This document shows, one piece after another, positions 1 through 12,680 of a stretch of DNA of 64,000 bases. The translations under genes and the position numbers were made by a program. Where the stretch lies: the NCBI RefSeq assembly GCF_963921235.1, contig NC_086097.1:209128001-209192000 (forward strand), read 5' to 3'. Position 1 is the first letter of the stretch. Each line of letters opens with the position of its first letter. This DNA comes from Mobula hypostoma. Its lineage: Eukaryota. The notes under the pieces were generated by a model that ran no database searches, was not told the origin of the DNA, and saw nothing but the letters and a program-made list of their open reading frames with translations.

Positions 1-36
1 AATATTTCCACATTTATTCCTAGTTTTAACAAAATA

Positions 37-1668
37 CAGTGGATTCTGGTAATTGGGCCATCGATTAATTGGGGAACCTGTTAACTTGGGACAACTCTTA
101 AAGAACAAAAAAAATCAGAAAAAATAACCGGGATCCCTTTCATTTATTTAGGACACTATGCCACTTAGATTGGGCAGGAGACTGTTGCTGAACATTTTCT
201 GAAGAGTGTCAGTCAGATGCAAGTTGAGTGTCCGTTAGACACTACATCGTGTTGAGAGTGAGCAGTTTTTAAATAGTGTCATTTGTGTGTTTGTGTTCAA
301 AAACCAATTTTTGCCACTGATAGTTGGTGAGTAATAAACAGCAAGACAATTCAGAACTGTTTTGCTCACTACGATTTCAAGCATTCAGGCTTGGAGATGC
401 CAAAAACAGCCAGGAGTGAAAATGAAATGATTTCACTACTTCAGTTTGAAAGTATGGACAATCATCTTGAATGTTACAATTAAAATGAAGATTTGGAGAA
501 TGCAATCGTTGAAAGCATTGTTTGAAGATGGTACAAGTGAACAACAGTTTTCACTTCTTTTACATAGTCTTATTATCTCAGATATGGTTCTACTATTGTT
601 GGAGCCTGCTGTCTGCATTCTGGCAGTGTGTCCTCAGGTTGATTGGGCAATCTGGCACTTTGCTGTCTCCGGGAAGGTTCCAAGAGGCTGTGAGCAAAGC
701 GTGCGCTATGTAGGCCCGGAAGTCTGGAGATGGGGCGCAGGCCCACGATTGACTCCATCTCTCAACGATCTTGCCAATTAAAGAACTGAGGAAGATTGAA
801 ATCACTGAGGTGGGAGCAGAGACAAATGAGTGTTCAGTGCCATCTACCAGACTTTCACTTGCTGCTTCTGGTGGAGGGTGCCTGCATGTGGCAGTCTCCC
901 TTTCCCTCTAGCTCGCTGCTCCCAAGGGAGGGTTCTTGCATTCAAATGATCTTTCTGACTCCTTTGATGCTGTTGGAGGATGGTGCCGGAGCAAGGTTTA
1001 ATGGACACAGTTTGTAGATTGTGGACTCAAATTCACATTTATGATGTGTTCTAGCTTTCTGGTCATCCTTTTTTGTTGTTGCTAGTTTGGGCGATTTTTG
1101 AATGGTGAGGCATGCAGATAATGTAAACAGGGCTGAGCTGAAATATGCCTTTTGATTATGTGTTTTTATATGCTGTCCATTCACTCTTCTTTTGAGCGAT
1201 TTATTTTTTTTGCACGTGGAAGAGGGGTTTGATGTTTTTTTTCTTTGAACAGCTTCTATGGTTCTTGGTTTCATGGCAGTCTGTGGGGAAGATGAACCTC
1301 AGAGTTGTGTATGGCATGTATACTTCGGTAATAAATTTACTTTGAATCTTTGAAGGTGTTCACTATCTGTACTAGGTGCCTGTGCTGATTTTGTTAATTT
1401 ACAGTCGTTCAAATAAACACGTTAGCGAACACTGAATGAATCCCTCCATTGATAACTATTAGGAACTAATACACAGTTTTACAATACTGTAGAAGTTTTA
1501 GTAGTGTTCTAATTCATTCTGCATTTCATTTCAATACATTTTTTTTCTCATTTCAACAGTAGTTTGTCTTTTTAGCTACTACCATGAAATTTCAGCTAAT
1601 TGAGGCAGCCGCTTAATTGGGCCAAAATATACTGGTCCCAATGTGATCCAATTAACCAGAATCCACTG
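37..1668 (+). mobile_element. Non-autonomous Tigger/pogo-like DNA transposon, with a younger retroposon-tail insertion at about 570-1353
   Basis: TIRs CAGTGGATTCTGGT(T)AATTGG at 37-57 and reverse complement at 1648-1668; TA on both flanks (35-36, 1669-1670); no intact transposase. Confidence 0.75.
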
Positions 1669-1959
1669 TATAAGGTACGGATAAAATTAAATCAGGTCAT
1701 GCTTAAAAGGCTGGAGCAGGTACTCTACAATTTCTAATTCTTTGCCACTGGATTTTGTATTCCCTCTCATTTAAGGCTCTGTTACCCCAAAGTTTCAAGC
1801 TTATTCTTAAAACATGCAATCACATTCACAGACAAGTATACTAATCTACGGTGTCCCAAATTATTTTTGTACATGAACCATCTGGTCTCCTGGGTAGTCT
1901 GTAACCACTTTTCGCAAACAAAGTAAATTTATGAACAAAATGCATAAATGTTAGCATAT

Positions 1960-3195
1960 AAAACCATGAGATTCACTTTCTTGTGGGCATACTCAATAAA
2001 TCTATAGAATAATAACCATAACAGAATCAGTGAAAGTTGGCACTATTTTGGGTGTCCAACCAGTGTGCAAAAGACAACAAGCTGTACAAACACAAAAAGA
2101 AATCAACAGTAATAACAATGAATAAATATGCAATAAATATCAAGAACATGAGATGAAGAGTCCTTGAAAGTGAGTCCATTGGTTGTGGGAAGATTTTGAT
2201 GATGGGACAAGTGAAGTTATTAGGTTCAAGAGCCTGATGATTGAGGGGTATTATTAGTTCCTGAACTTGGGAGTGTGAGTCCTAAGGCTCCTGTACCTTC
2301 CTGATGACAGCAGTGAGAAGAGAGCATGTCCTGGGTGGTTGGAATCCCTAATGATGGATGTAGATGTAGATTTAGATGTACCCAATGGTGACTTTACCTG
2401 TGATGGACTGGGTGACATCCACTACATTTTGTAGGGTTTTCCATTCAAGGGCATTGGTGTTTCTATTCCAGGCTGTGTGATAGCCAGTCAATATACTCCC
2501 CACTACACATCTATAGAAGTTTGTCAAAGTTTTAAATATCATGCCAAATCTGTACAAGCTCCTAAGGAAGTAGAGGCACTGTTGTGCTTTCTTCCTAATT
2601 GCACTTAGGTGCTGAGCCCAGGACAGGTCTTCCAAAAGAATAACACTGAGGAATTTAAAATCGCTAATCCTTTCCACCTCTGATCATCCAATGAGGACCG
2701 GCTAGTGGACCTCTAGTTTCCTTCTCCTGAAGTCATCAGCTCCTTGGTCTTGCTGACATTACATAAGAGGTTGTTGTTATGGACCATTCAGCAAGACTTT
2801 CTATCTCTCTCCAAGAGATTGATTCATCACCACCTTTGATTCAACAATGGTGTCACCAGCAAACTTGAATATGGCATTGGAGCTGTGCTCAGCCACACAG
2901 TCATAAGTGTGCAGGGGTCAAAGCACACAGCCTTATGGTGCCCCTGAGCTGATGCAGATTGTGGAGGAGATGTTGTTGCCAATCCAAACTGACTGGGTTC
3001 TTCAAGTGAGGAAATCGAGGCTCCAATTGCACAAGGGGGTATTGAGGCCAAGGTCTAGGAGCTTATTGTTTAGTTATGAGTGAATTATGGTATTGAATGC
3101 TAAGCTGTAGTTGATAAAGAGCATCCAAATGTATGCAATCTTTCTGTCGAAATGTTCCAGGAATGAGTGAAGAGCCAATGAAATGGCATCTGCTA
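1960..3195 (-). mobile_element. Rex1/Babar-type LINE, degraded 3' portion
   Basis: ORF 2372-2677 FKFL..LEDLSWAQH..KKAQQCLYFLRSL..TLTNFYRCVV.SILTG is the typical Rex1 RT C-terminus. Confidence 0.75.
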
Positions 3196-3241
3196 TACAC
3201 ACACAGGCAAATGCACCACATTTTTATATTAAGCACAAGAT

Positions 3242-5730
3242 CATAAGACATAGAAGCAGAATTGAGCCATTTGGCCCATCGAGTCTGCTGTGCAATTCAA
3301 TCATAGCTGATCCTTTTCTTCCCCCCTCCTTAGCCTCACTCCCCACCTCAGCCCCACTCCCTAGCATTCTCCCCATAACTTTTGATGCCATAGCCAATCA
3401 AAAACATATCAATCTCCGCTTAAATGCACCAATGACCTGGCTTCCACAGCAGCCTGTGGTAATAAATCCTACAAATTCACCAGCCTCTGGCTAACGGAAG
3501 TTCTCCACATCTCTGTTTTAAATGGTCGCCCCTCTATCCTGAGGCTGTGCCTTTCTATCCTAGACTCACCAAAATGGGAAACATCCTTTCCACATCTAGG
3601 CTGTCTAGGTTTCTCAAAATTCAAAAGGTTTCAATGAGATCCCCTGTCACCCTTATCTATTTAAATTCCGGTGAGTACAGGCCCAGAGCCATCGAACATT
3701 CCTCATGTGATAACTCTTTTATTCCTGCAATCATCCTTGTGAACGTCCCCTGAATCCTCTCCAATGCCAGCACATCCTTTCTTAGAGAAGGAGCCCAAAA
3801 CTGTTCACAATACTCAAGGTGAGGTATCACCAGTGCCTTGTAGAGCCTCAGCATCACATCCCTGCTCCTGAAATGAATGCTAACATTGCATTTGCCTTCT
3901 TCACCACTGACTCTTCCTGCAAGTTAAGCTTTGGGGTGCCCTGCACAAGGACTCTCGAGACACCTTGCATCTCAGATTTTTGGATTTTCTCCCCATTTAG
4001 AAAACAGTCTGCTCATATATTTCTACTACTAAAGCGCATAATGATGCATTTTCCAACATTGTATTTCATTTGCCACTTTCTCGCCCATTCTCCTAATCTA
4101 AGTCCTTCTGCAACCTACTTGTTTCCTCAAAACTTGGTAACAAAGCCATCTATTCCATCATCTAAATCATTTATATACAGCATAAAAAGAAGTGGTCCCA
4201 ACACCGACTCCTGTGGAACACCACCATTTGTATCATCTCTTATATTCTAGACCTCTTGAAGTGAATGCTAACATTGCATTTGCCTTTGTCACCACTGACT
4301 CAGCCTGCCAGTTAACCTTTAGGGTGTTCTATACAATTCCAAGTCCCTTTGCATCTCAGATTTTTGGATTTTCTTCCTGTTTAGAAAATAGTTTCCACAT
4401 TTATTTCTTCCAACAAAGTGCATGACCATGCACTTTCCAATATTGTATTTCATTTGCCACTTTCTTGCCCATTCTCTTAATCTGTCTATGTCCTTCTGCA
4501 GCCTTTTTGTTTCTTCAACACTACCTGACACACCACCAATCTTCGTATCATCTGCAAACTTGGCAACAAAGCCATCTACAGCATAAAAAGCAGTCCCAAC
4601 ACTGACCACTGTGGAACACCACTAGTCACTGGCAGCCAACCAGAAAAGAATCCTTTCATTTCCACTCGCTGCCTCCTACCAATCAGTCAATGTTTTAACC
4701 ATGCTCATAACTTTCCTGTAATACCTTGGGCTATTTACTTGGTAAGCAGCTTCATGTGTGGCACCTGAAGATCCAAATATGAAAATCCAAATAAACAACA
4801 TCCACTGCATCCCCTTTATCTATCCTACTTGTAATCTCCTCAAAGAATTCTGACAGGCTCATCAGACAAAATTTTCCCTTACGAAACCATGCTGACTTTG
4901 TCCTATCTTATCCTGTGTCACCAAGTACTCCAGAACCTCATCCTTAACAATTGACTCCAACATCTTCCCGAATACTGAGATCAGGCTAACTGGTCTATAA
5001 TTGCCTTTCTGCTGCCTCCCTTCTTTCTTAGAGACGAGTGACATTTTCCAGTCCTCTGGAACCATCCTAGAGTCCAATGATCCTTGAAAGATCATTACTA
5101 ATGCCTCCACAATCTCTACCACTACCTCTTTCAGAAACCCAGGGTACAATTCATATGGTCCAGGTGACATGTACCTTTAAGTGTTTCAGTTTTTTCGAGT
5201 ACCTTCTCCCTTGTTATCTTAACTACGTTTGTACATTCTCTTCTCTTCCCTCACACCCTTCAATATCGGGCATACTGCTGGTGTCTTCCACAGTGAAGTC
5301 TGATGCAAAATATTCATTTAGTTCGTCTGCAAGCTCCTTGTCCCCAGTCATTATTTCTCTGGCCTCATTTTCTAATGACCCTATTTCCACTCTCATCTCT
5401 CTTTTATTTTTATATACTTGAAAAAGTTTTTTCTATCCACCTTGATATTGTTTGCTAGCTTGCTTTCATATTTCATCTTTGCCCTCCTAATCATTTTTTT
5501 AGTTGCATTCTGTAAGTTTTTAAAACCTTCTCAATCCACTGTCTTCCAGCTAATTTTTGTTTTGCTGTATGCTCTCTTTTGCTTTTACATTAGCTTTGAC
5601 TTCCTCTGTCTGATATGGTTGTACTATTTTGCCATTTGAGCATTTCTTTGTTTTTGGAATACATCTACCCCTCACCTTCCTCATTTTTCCCAGAAGTTCA
5701 AGCCATTGCTACTCTGCTATAATACCTGCC
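3242..5730 (-). mobile_element. CR1 LINE, 3' half (ORF2 RT, disrupted); continues at 8559-9346, 10449-11160 and 12681-13085
   Basis: Fragments LYKALV.PHLEYCEQFW, KFADDTKIGG, NYRPVSL, QSQHGF; CR1 3' end CATAAGACATAGAAGCAGAA on the + strand. Confidence 0.85.
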
Positions 5731-6114
5731 AGCAACACACATCAAAGTTGCTGGTGAACGCAGCAGGCCAGGCAGCATCTATAGGAAGAGGCGCTTCAGG
5801 CCGAGACCCTTCGTCAGGACTAACTGAAGGAAGAGTGAGTAAGGGATTTGAAAGCTGGAGGGGGAGGGGGAGATGCAAAATGATAGGAGAAGACAGGAGG
5901 GGGAGGGATGGAGCCGAGAGCTGGACAGGTGATAGGCAGAAGGGGATACGAGAGGATCATGGGACAGGAGGTCCGGGAAGAAAGATGGGGGGGGGGTGAC
6001 CCAGAGGATGGGCAAGAGGTATATTCAGAGGGACAGAGGGAGAAAAAGTAGAGTGAGAGAAAGAATGTGTGCATAAAAAAGAGTAACAGATGGGGTACGA
6101 GGGGGAGGTGGGGC

Positions 6115-7282
6115 CTAGCGGAAGTTAGAGAAGTCAATGTTCATGCCATCAGGTTGGAGGCTACCCATACGGAATATAAGGTGTTGTTCCTCCAACCTGA
6201 GTGTGGCTTCATCTTTACAGTAGAGGAGGCCGTGGATAGACATGTCAGAATGGGAATGGGATGTGGAATTAAAATGTGTGGCCACTGGGAGATCCTGCTT
6301 TCTCTGGCGGACAGAGCGTAGATGTTCAGCGAAGCGGTCTCCCAGTCTGCGTCGGGTCTCACCAATATATAAAAGGCCACATCGGGAGCACCGGACGCAG
6401 TATATCACCCCAGTTGACTCACAGGTGAAGTGATGCCTCACCTGGAAGGACTGTTTGGGGCCCTGAATGGTGGTAAGGGAGGAAGTGTAAGGGCATGTGT
6501 AGCATTTGTTCCGCTTACACGGATAAGTGCCAGGAGGGAGATCAGTGGGGAGGGATGGGGGGGACGAATGGACAAGGGAGTTGTGTAGGGAGCGATCCCT
6601 GCGGAATGCAGAGAGAGGGGGGGAGGGAAAGATATGCTTAGTGGTGGGATCCCGTTGGAGGTGGCGGAAGTTACGGAGAATAATATGTTGGACCCGGAGG
6701 CTGGTGGGGTGGTAGGTGAGGACCAGGGGAACCCTGTTCCTAGTGGGGTGGCGGGAGGATGGAGTGAGAGCAGATGTATGTGAAATGGGGGAGATGCGTT
6801 TAAGAGCAGAGTTGATAGTGGAGGAAGGGAAGCCCCTTTCTTTAAAAAATGAAGACATCTCCCTCGTCCTAGAATGAAAAGCCTCATCCTGAGAGGAGAT
6901 GCGGCGCAGACGGAGGAATTGCGAGAAGGGGATGGCGTTTTTGCAAGAGACAGGGTGAGAAGAGGAATAGTCCAGATAGCTGTGAGAGTCAGTAGGCTTA
7001 TAGTAGACATCAGTGGATAAGCTGTCTCCAGAGGCAGAGACCGAAAGATCTAGAAAGGGGAGGGAGGTGTCGGAAATGGACCAGGTAAACTTGAGGGCAG
7101 GGTGAAAGTTGGAGGCAAAGTTAATAATGTCAACGAGTTCTGCATGCGTGCAGGAAGCAGCGCCAATGCAGTCGTCGATGTAGCGAAGGAAAAGTGGGGG
7201 ACAGATACCAGAATAGGCACGGAACATAGATTGTTCCACAAACCCAACAAAAAGGCAGGCATAGCTAGGACCCATACGGGTG
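6115..7282 (-). pseudogene. 5'-truncated Penelope RT + GIY-YIG ORF, uninterrupted frame
   Basis: ORF 6115-7347; residues upstream of TRMGPSYA are antisense read-through of the inverted arm. Confidence 0.85.
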
Positions 7283-8400
7283 ACGCCATCCCCTTCTCGC
7301 AATTCCTCCGTCTCCACCGCATCTGCTCTCAGGATGAGGCTTTTCATTCTAGGACGAGGGAGATGTCTTCATTTTTTAAAGAAAGGGGCTTCCCTTCCTC
7401 CACTATCAACTCTGCTCTTAAACGCATCTCCCCCATTTCACGTACATCTGCTCTCACTCCATCCTCCCACCACCCCACTAGGAATAGGGTTCCCCTGGTC
7501 CTCACCTACCACCCCACCAGCCTCCGGGTCCAACATATTATTCTCCGTAACTTCCGCCACCTCCAACGGGATCCCACCACTAAGCATATCTTTCCCTCCC
7601 CCCCTCTCTCTGCATTCCGCAGGGATCGCTCCCTACACAACTCCCTTGTCCATTCGTCCCCCCTATCCCTCCCCACTGATCTCCCTCCTGGCACTTATCC
7701 GTGTAAGCGGAACAAATGCTACACATGCCCTTACACTTCCTCCCTTACCACCATTCAGGGCCCCAAACAGTCCTTCCAGGTGAGGCATCACTTCACCTGT
7801 GAGTCGACTGGGGTGATATACTGCGTCCGGTGCTCCCGATGTGGCCTTTTATATATTGGTGAGACCCGACGCAGACTGGGAGACCGCTTCGCTGAACATC
7901 TACGCTCTGTCCGCCAGAGAAAGCAGGATCTCCCAGTGGCCACACATTTTAATTCCACATCCCATTCCCATTCTGACATGTCTATCCACGGCCTCCTCTA
8001 CTGTAAAGATGAAGCCACACTCAGGTTGGAGGAACAACACCTTATATTCCGTATGGGTAGCCTCCAACCTGATGGCATGAACATTGACTTCTCTAACTTC
8101 TGCTAGGCCCCACCTCCCCCTCGTACCCCATCTGTTACTCTTTTTTATGCACACATTCTTTCTCTCACTCTCCTTTTTCTTCCTCTGTCCCTCTGAATAT
8201 ACCTCTTGCCCATCCTCTGGGTCACCCCCCCCCCCGTCTTTCTTCCCGGACCTCCTGTCCCATGATCCTCTCGTATCCCCTTCTGCCTATCACCTGTCCA
8301 GCTCTCGGCTCTATCCATCCCCCTCCTGTCTTCTCCTATCATTTTGCATCTCCCCCTCCCCCTCCAGCTTTCAAATCCCTTACTCACTCTTCCTTCAGTT

Positions 8401-8436
8401 AGTCCTGACGAAGGGTCTTGGCCTGAAACGTCGACT
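8401..8436 (+). ncRNA. Minimal type I hammerhead ribozyme motif in the Penelope pLTR
   Basis: AGTC-CTGACGA-AGGGTCTTGGCCT-GAAAC-GTC-GACT: stem I AGTC/GACT, CUGANGA and GAAA cores, short stem II, palindromic mini stem III (ACGT), GUC triplet at 8430-8432. Confidence 0.75.
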
Positions 8437-8558
8437 GCGCCTCTTCCTATAGATGCTGCCTGGCCTGCTGCGTTCACCAGCAACTTTGATGTGTGTTGCT
8501 TGAATTTCCAGCATCTGCAGAATTCCTGTTGTTTGCGTTTAAATGATACCTGCCAGCA

Positions 8559-9346
8559 TCTTTTTCCAATTTACGTTGGATAACTCTGCTTTAATACCAA
8601 CGTAATTTCCTTTACTCCACTGAAATACTGCTACGTCACAGTTTCATTTCACCTTATCAAAATTTCAGATTGAACCCAATCATATTGTGACCACTGCCTC
8701 CTGAGGGATCTTTGACCTTAAGGTCCCTAATTGCCACCAGTTTCTTACATCACACCCTATCCAGTACAGCTGATCACCTAGTAGGCTCAACAACAAACTG
8801 CTCTAAAAAGCCATCTCGCAGGCATTCAACAAGTTCACTCTCTTGGGATCCATTGCCAACTTGATATTTCAAATCTACCTGCATGTTAACATCTTCCATG
8901 ACTCTCATAACATTGCCCTCTTGTCATGCCTTTTTCATTTTCCATTTAACCTGTGGACCACATCCCAGTTACTTCTTGGAGGACTGTATATAACTGCCTC
9001 CTGGATCCTCTTACCGTTGCACTTTCTTAACTCAATCCACAAGGATTCAACATCTTCCGATCCTATGTCACATCTTTCTAATGGTTTGTTGCCATTCTTT
9101 ACCAGCAGAGCCATGCCAACCCTTCTGCCTTCCTTCCTACCCCTCTGATACAATGTGTAACTTTGGACATTCAGCTCCCAACTACAACCATACTTCAGCC
9201 ACGATTCAGTGATGGCCACAATATCATTCCTGACAATCTGTAATAGTGCAACAAAATCATCTACCTTATTTCTTATACTTGTGATATAAAAATTTTAGTG
9301 CTGTATTTGCTGCTTTTTGATTCTGCGTCCCTAATGCACTGATACT
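8559..9346 (-). mobile_element. CR1 LINE continuation (endonuclease region)
   Basis: ORF 8935-9219 AITESWL..VESLWIEL..VIY.PP is APE-like; resumes directly after the Penelope TSD. Confidence 0.75.
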
Positions 9347-10442
9347 TGAACATGTGGGCATTAACAACAACCTTCTACATTGGTTAAACATGTTCCTTAC
9401 CAACAGACAGCAATGTATGCTCCTTGAGGGGGCAGAGTCCCCTGAATCTCCAGTAACATCTGGAGTGCCCCAGGGGACCGTGTTGGGACCCTTACTTCTT
9501 CTCATTTACATCAACGACTTGTCAAATATAGTTAAGTCCAAAGCCAGACTTTTTGCGGATGACTGAATAATCTACCGTGAGATAAAAAATGGCCAAGATG
9601 CTCAGCTGCTGCAAAACGATATTGATTCATTATGTCAATGGGAGTCTCAATGGCAAATGTCCTTCAACTCATCTAAGTGTTATGCTATGCATGTCAGTCA
9701 CAAAGTTAAACCAATCAACACGACATGTGACATGAACGGACAGATTCTTGAAACAGTCACTCACCACCCATATCTTGGTGTTGAAATTAGCAAGGATCTT
9801 AACTGGGCATCCCACATCAATCAGATTACAGTCAAAGCAAATAAAATGCTGGGTATCCTGAGAAGAAATCTCCACTCATGTAGGAAATCCATCAAGGACG
9901 TGGCATACGAGACACTCGTCCGTCCAAAGCTTGAGTATTGCGTGACCATATGGGATGCCCATCAAGCTAACAATAAGAAGTCCATCGAAAAAATTCAATG
10001 CCGTGCTGCTCGCTTTGTGTTAAATGATTACAGCAGGAAATCCAGTGTCACCAACATGCTCTCTAACCTTCAATGGGAACCACTTGAAAACTGACGTTTT
10101 AAACTACGGTTAATTTTCATTTTCAAAGAAGTTCACAACATCACTCCATCAGACATCCAAGTTCATCACAGGGTCAGTTCAACTCGACAGCAAACTGGAC
10201 CTCACATATTGGAAACTCCTTCATTCAATAAGATTTGCTACCAGTACTCCCTCTACCCAAGATTAACAAGAGAGTGGAATCTTCTGCGGCCAGACCTGCG
10301 CAGTATTTCTGACATTAATATTTTTAAAGACAGACTCAATCAAATTGATTTAGGGAATCTAGTCAAAAAAGCTTATTTTACAATTTAACATAACAGCTGT
10401 CCGGCAGTGCTTGCTCAGTACCAAGCAGAAGCAGAAGAAGAA
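9347..10442 (+). mobile_element. 5'-truncated CR1-clade LINE of a distinct family, with a (GCAGAA/GAA)n tail
   Basis: [50 protein letters not shown]; two in-frame stops; TSD GATACT at 9341-9346 and 10443-10448. Confidence 0.85.
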
Positions 10443-10448
10443 GATACT

Positions 10449-11160
10449 CACCCTGCTTGGTGGAATTTTATCCTATCATCTACCTGCCCTTCCTGACGCT
10501 CTGACTGCATGCTGGCTTCATTTTTTTTTTTACCATCCGTCCTTGAGTCCCTTCACTCTGATTCCCATCACCTGCCAGGTAAGTTTAAACCCTCCCCAAC
10601 AGCTCTAACAAACTTGCCTGCAAGAATATTAATTCCCCTTGGGTTCAGGTGCAACCCGTCACTTTTGTACAGGTTATACCTTGCCCAGAAGAGATTCCAG
10701 TGATCCAAGAGCCTGAAGCCCTGTCCCTGCACCAGCTTCTTAGCCACACATTCACCTGCCAAACCATCCTGTTTAGACCATAAGACATAAGACAAAGGAG
10801 CAGAAGTCGGCCATTCGGCCCATCGAGTCTGCTCCGCCATTTTATCATGAGCTGATCCATTCTCCCATTTAGTCCCACTCCCCCGCCTACCCTCACTGGC
10901 GTGTAGCACAGGTAGCAATCCAGAAATTGCTACTCGGTAGATCCTGCTTTTCAGCTTTCTGCCTAGCTCTCTAAATTCCTTCTTCCTGGCCTCATTGCTT
11001 TTCCTTCCTATGTTATTAGTACCAAGGCATCTGGCTGTTCTCCCTCCCTCTCCAAAATGCTATGTACGCGATCCAACACGTTCCTGACCCAGCACCTGGG
11101 AGGCAACATACCATCCAGGTGTCTCATTCACGTCCACATAATCTCCTGTCCATTTTCTGA
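10449..11160 (-). mobile_element. CR1 ORF1 (SGNH esterase-like) region, with a short CR1 3'-end insert at about 10776-10888
   Basis: LDHWNLFW..YKSDGLHLNPRG in ORF 10568-10918. Confidence 0.7.
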
Positions 11161-12680
11161 CTATTGTCAGGTGGTGATGAGAGGGTGTACAGGAGTGAGA
11201 TATGCCAACTAGTGGAATGGTGCTGCAGCAACAACCTGGCACTCAACGTCAGTAAGACGAAAGAGCTGACTGTGGACTTCAGGAAGGGTAAGACGAAGGA
11301 AAACATACCAATCCTCATAGAGGGATCAGAAGTGGAGAGAGTGAGCAGTTTCATGTTCCTGGGAGTCAAGATCTCTGAGGATCTAACCTGGTCCCAACAT
11401 ATCAATGTAGTTATGAAGAAGGCAAGGCAGCGGCTATACCTTATTAGGAGTTTGAAGAGATTTGGCATGTCAACAAAGCATTCTGACAGGCTGCATCACT
11501 GGCTGGTATGGAGGAGCTACCTACTGCACAGGACCCAAAGAAGCTGCAGAAGTTTGTAATTCCAGTCAGCTCCATCTTGGGTAATAGCCTACCCAGGATA
11601 TCTGCAGGGAGCAGTGTCTCAGATAGGCAGCATCCATTATTAAGGACTCCAGTACCCAGGGCATGCCCTTTTCATGCTGTTATCATCAGATAGGAGGTAC
11701 AGAAGCCTGAAGATACACACACACAGGAACAACTTCTTCCTCTCTGCCACCTGATTCCTAAATGGACATTGAACCTTTGGACACTTCCTCACTTTTTTAA
11801 AATATACATTATTTCTGTTTTTGCATGTTTTTAAAAATCTGTTCAATAAATGTACACTGTAATTGATTTACTTATTTATATGTAGCCCCCCTGACCAGTC
11901 TCAGGGTCGCTCGGCTCGCTGTCGTCTAGGGAAACAGCCCTAGGCCCCGCCAAACTGGGTTATCAGTTTGTGTGAATCCTGTGTGATGTACCCCACCCCA
12001 CCCAAATAACGGACAATACACTAGATACGATTAAGTGATTTACAGTTTATAGATATTACTGGAACTATATAATTAATAGAGAATAAAATATAAAAGGAAA
12101 ATAAAAGGCACCACACTTATCAAAGTTCAATCTCTTCGTGCACAAACAGTTGGAGCTCAGAACCCTTCTTCTTCACCCTGTGACCCCTCGGACCACCTCG
12201 ACCGGCCGCCTGGGACCAACAACGGTGGTCGACCAGACGCTCCACACGAGTCCGTCTCTGTCTCCTCTCCTCGCCGAACCTTGTTAGTGGACTCACAGCA
12301 CCTGGTCCATTCTCTGTCTCTCTCTCCCACCTTCTGCCCCAAAACCCCGCACATACAATATCTTACAGACACTCCAAAAACATAACAACTATTCCAATTG
12401 GTTCATAACATCTTCTTATCAGTAACGTGATCCAAACAAACTGCTAGCGGGAGGACTTTCTCAGTAGTTAACATAACAAAGAAGCCCTTTCAATTATAAC
12501 ATAACAAAGAAGCCATTTTAATTAGACTGCGCAGTGACATAAAAAAAGAAACCCCTTACATATTATTATAATTTTTTATTTTAATTTTTCTCTGCTAGAT
12601 TATGTATTGCATTGAACTGCTGCTGCTAAGTTAACAAATTTCATGTCACATGCCAGTGATAATAAACTTGATTCTGATAT
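11161..12680 (+). mobile_element. Rex1/Babar LINE 3' fragment, interrupted by a solo LTR
   Basis: ORF 11164-11559 WC..NNLALNVSKTKE..VDFRK..FLGVKISEDLTW..KKARQRLY; the tail resumes after 12560. Confidence 0.8.
11881..12560 (-). mobile_element. Probable solo LTR (about 680 bp)
   Basis: TGTA...TACA termini; flanks TATA/TATT (imperfect 4-bp TSD); interrupts the Rex1 tail; orientation tentative. Confidence 0.55.

Larger units (their letters stand above)
5731..8545. mobile_element. Penelope-like retroelement (RT C-terminus + GIY-YIG endonuclease): a 5'-truncated minus-strand copy (5731-7282) fused to a shorter inverted plus-strand copy (7283-8545)
   Basis: RT motifs TRMGPSYA, RYIDD and FLDL; GIY-YIG region VIYCVRCSRCGLLYIGETRRRLGDRFAEH and GMNIDF; near-identical inverted arms 5731-6938 and 7283-8500; 13-bp TSD ATACCTGCCAGCA at 5722-5734 and 8546-8558. 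Confidence 0.93.

Noticed and set aside
7102..8106. 334-aa + strand ORF overlapping a 410-aa - strand ORF as a bidirectional gene pair
   Set aside because: Both are products of the inverted Penelope duplication; their N-termini are antisense read-through across the 7282/7283 junction
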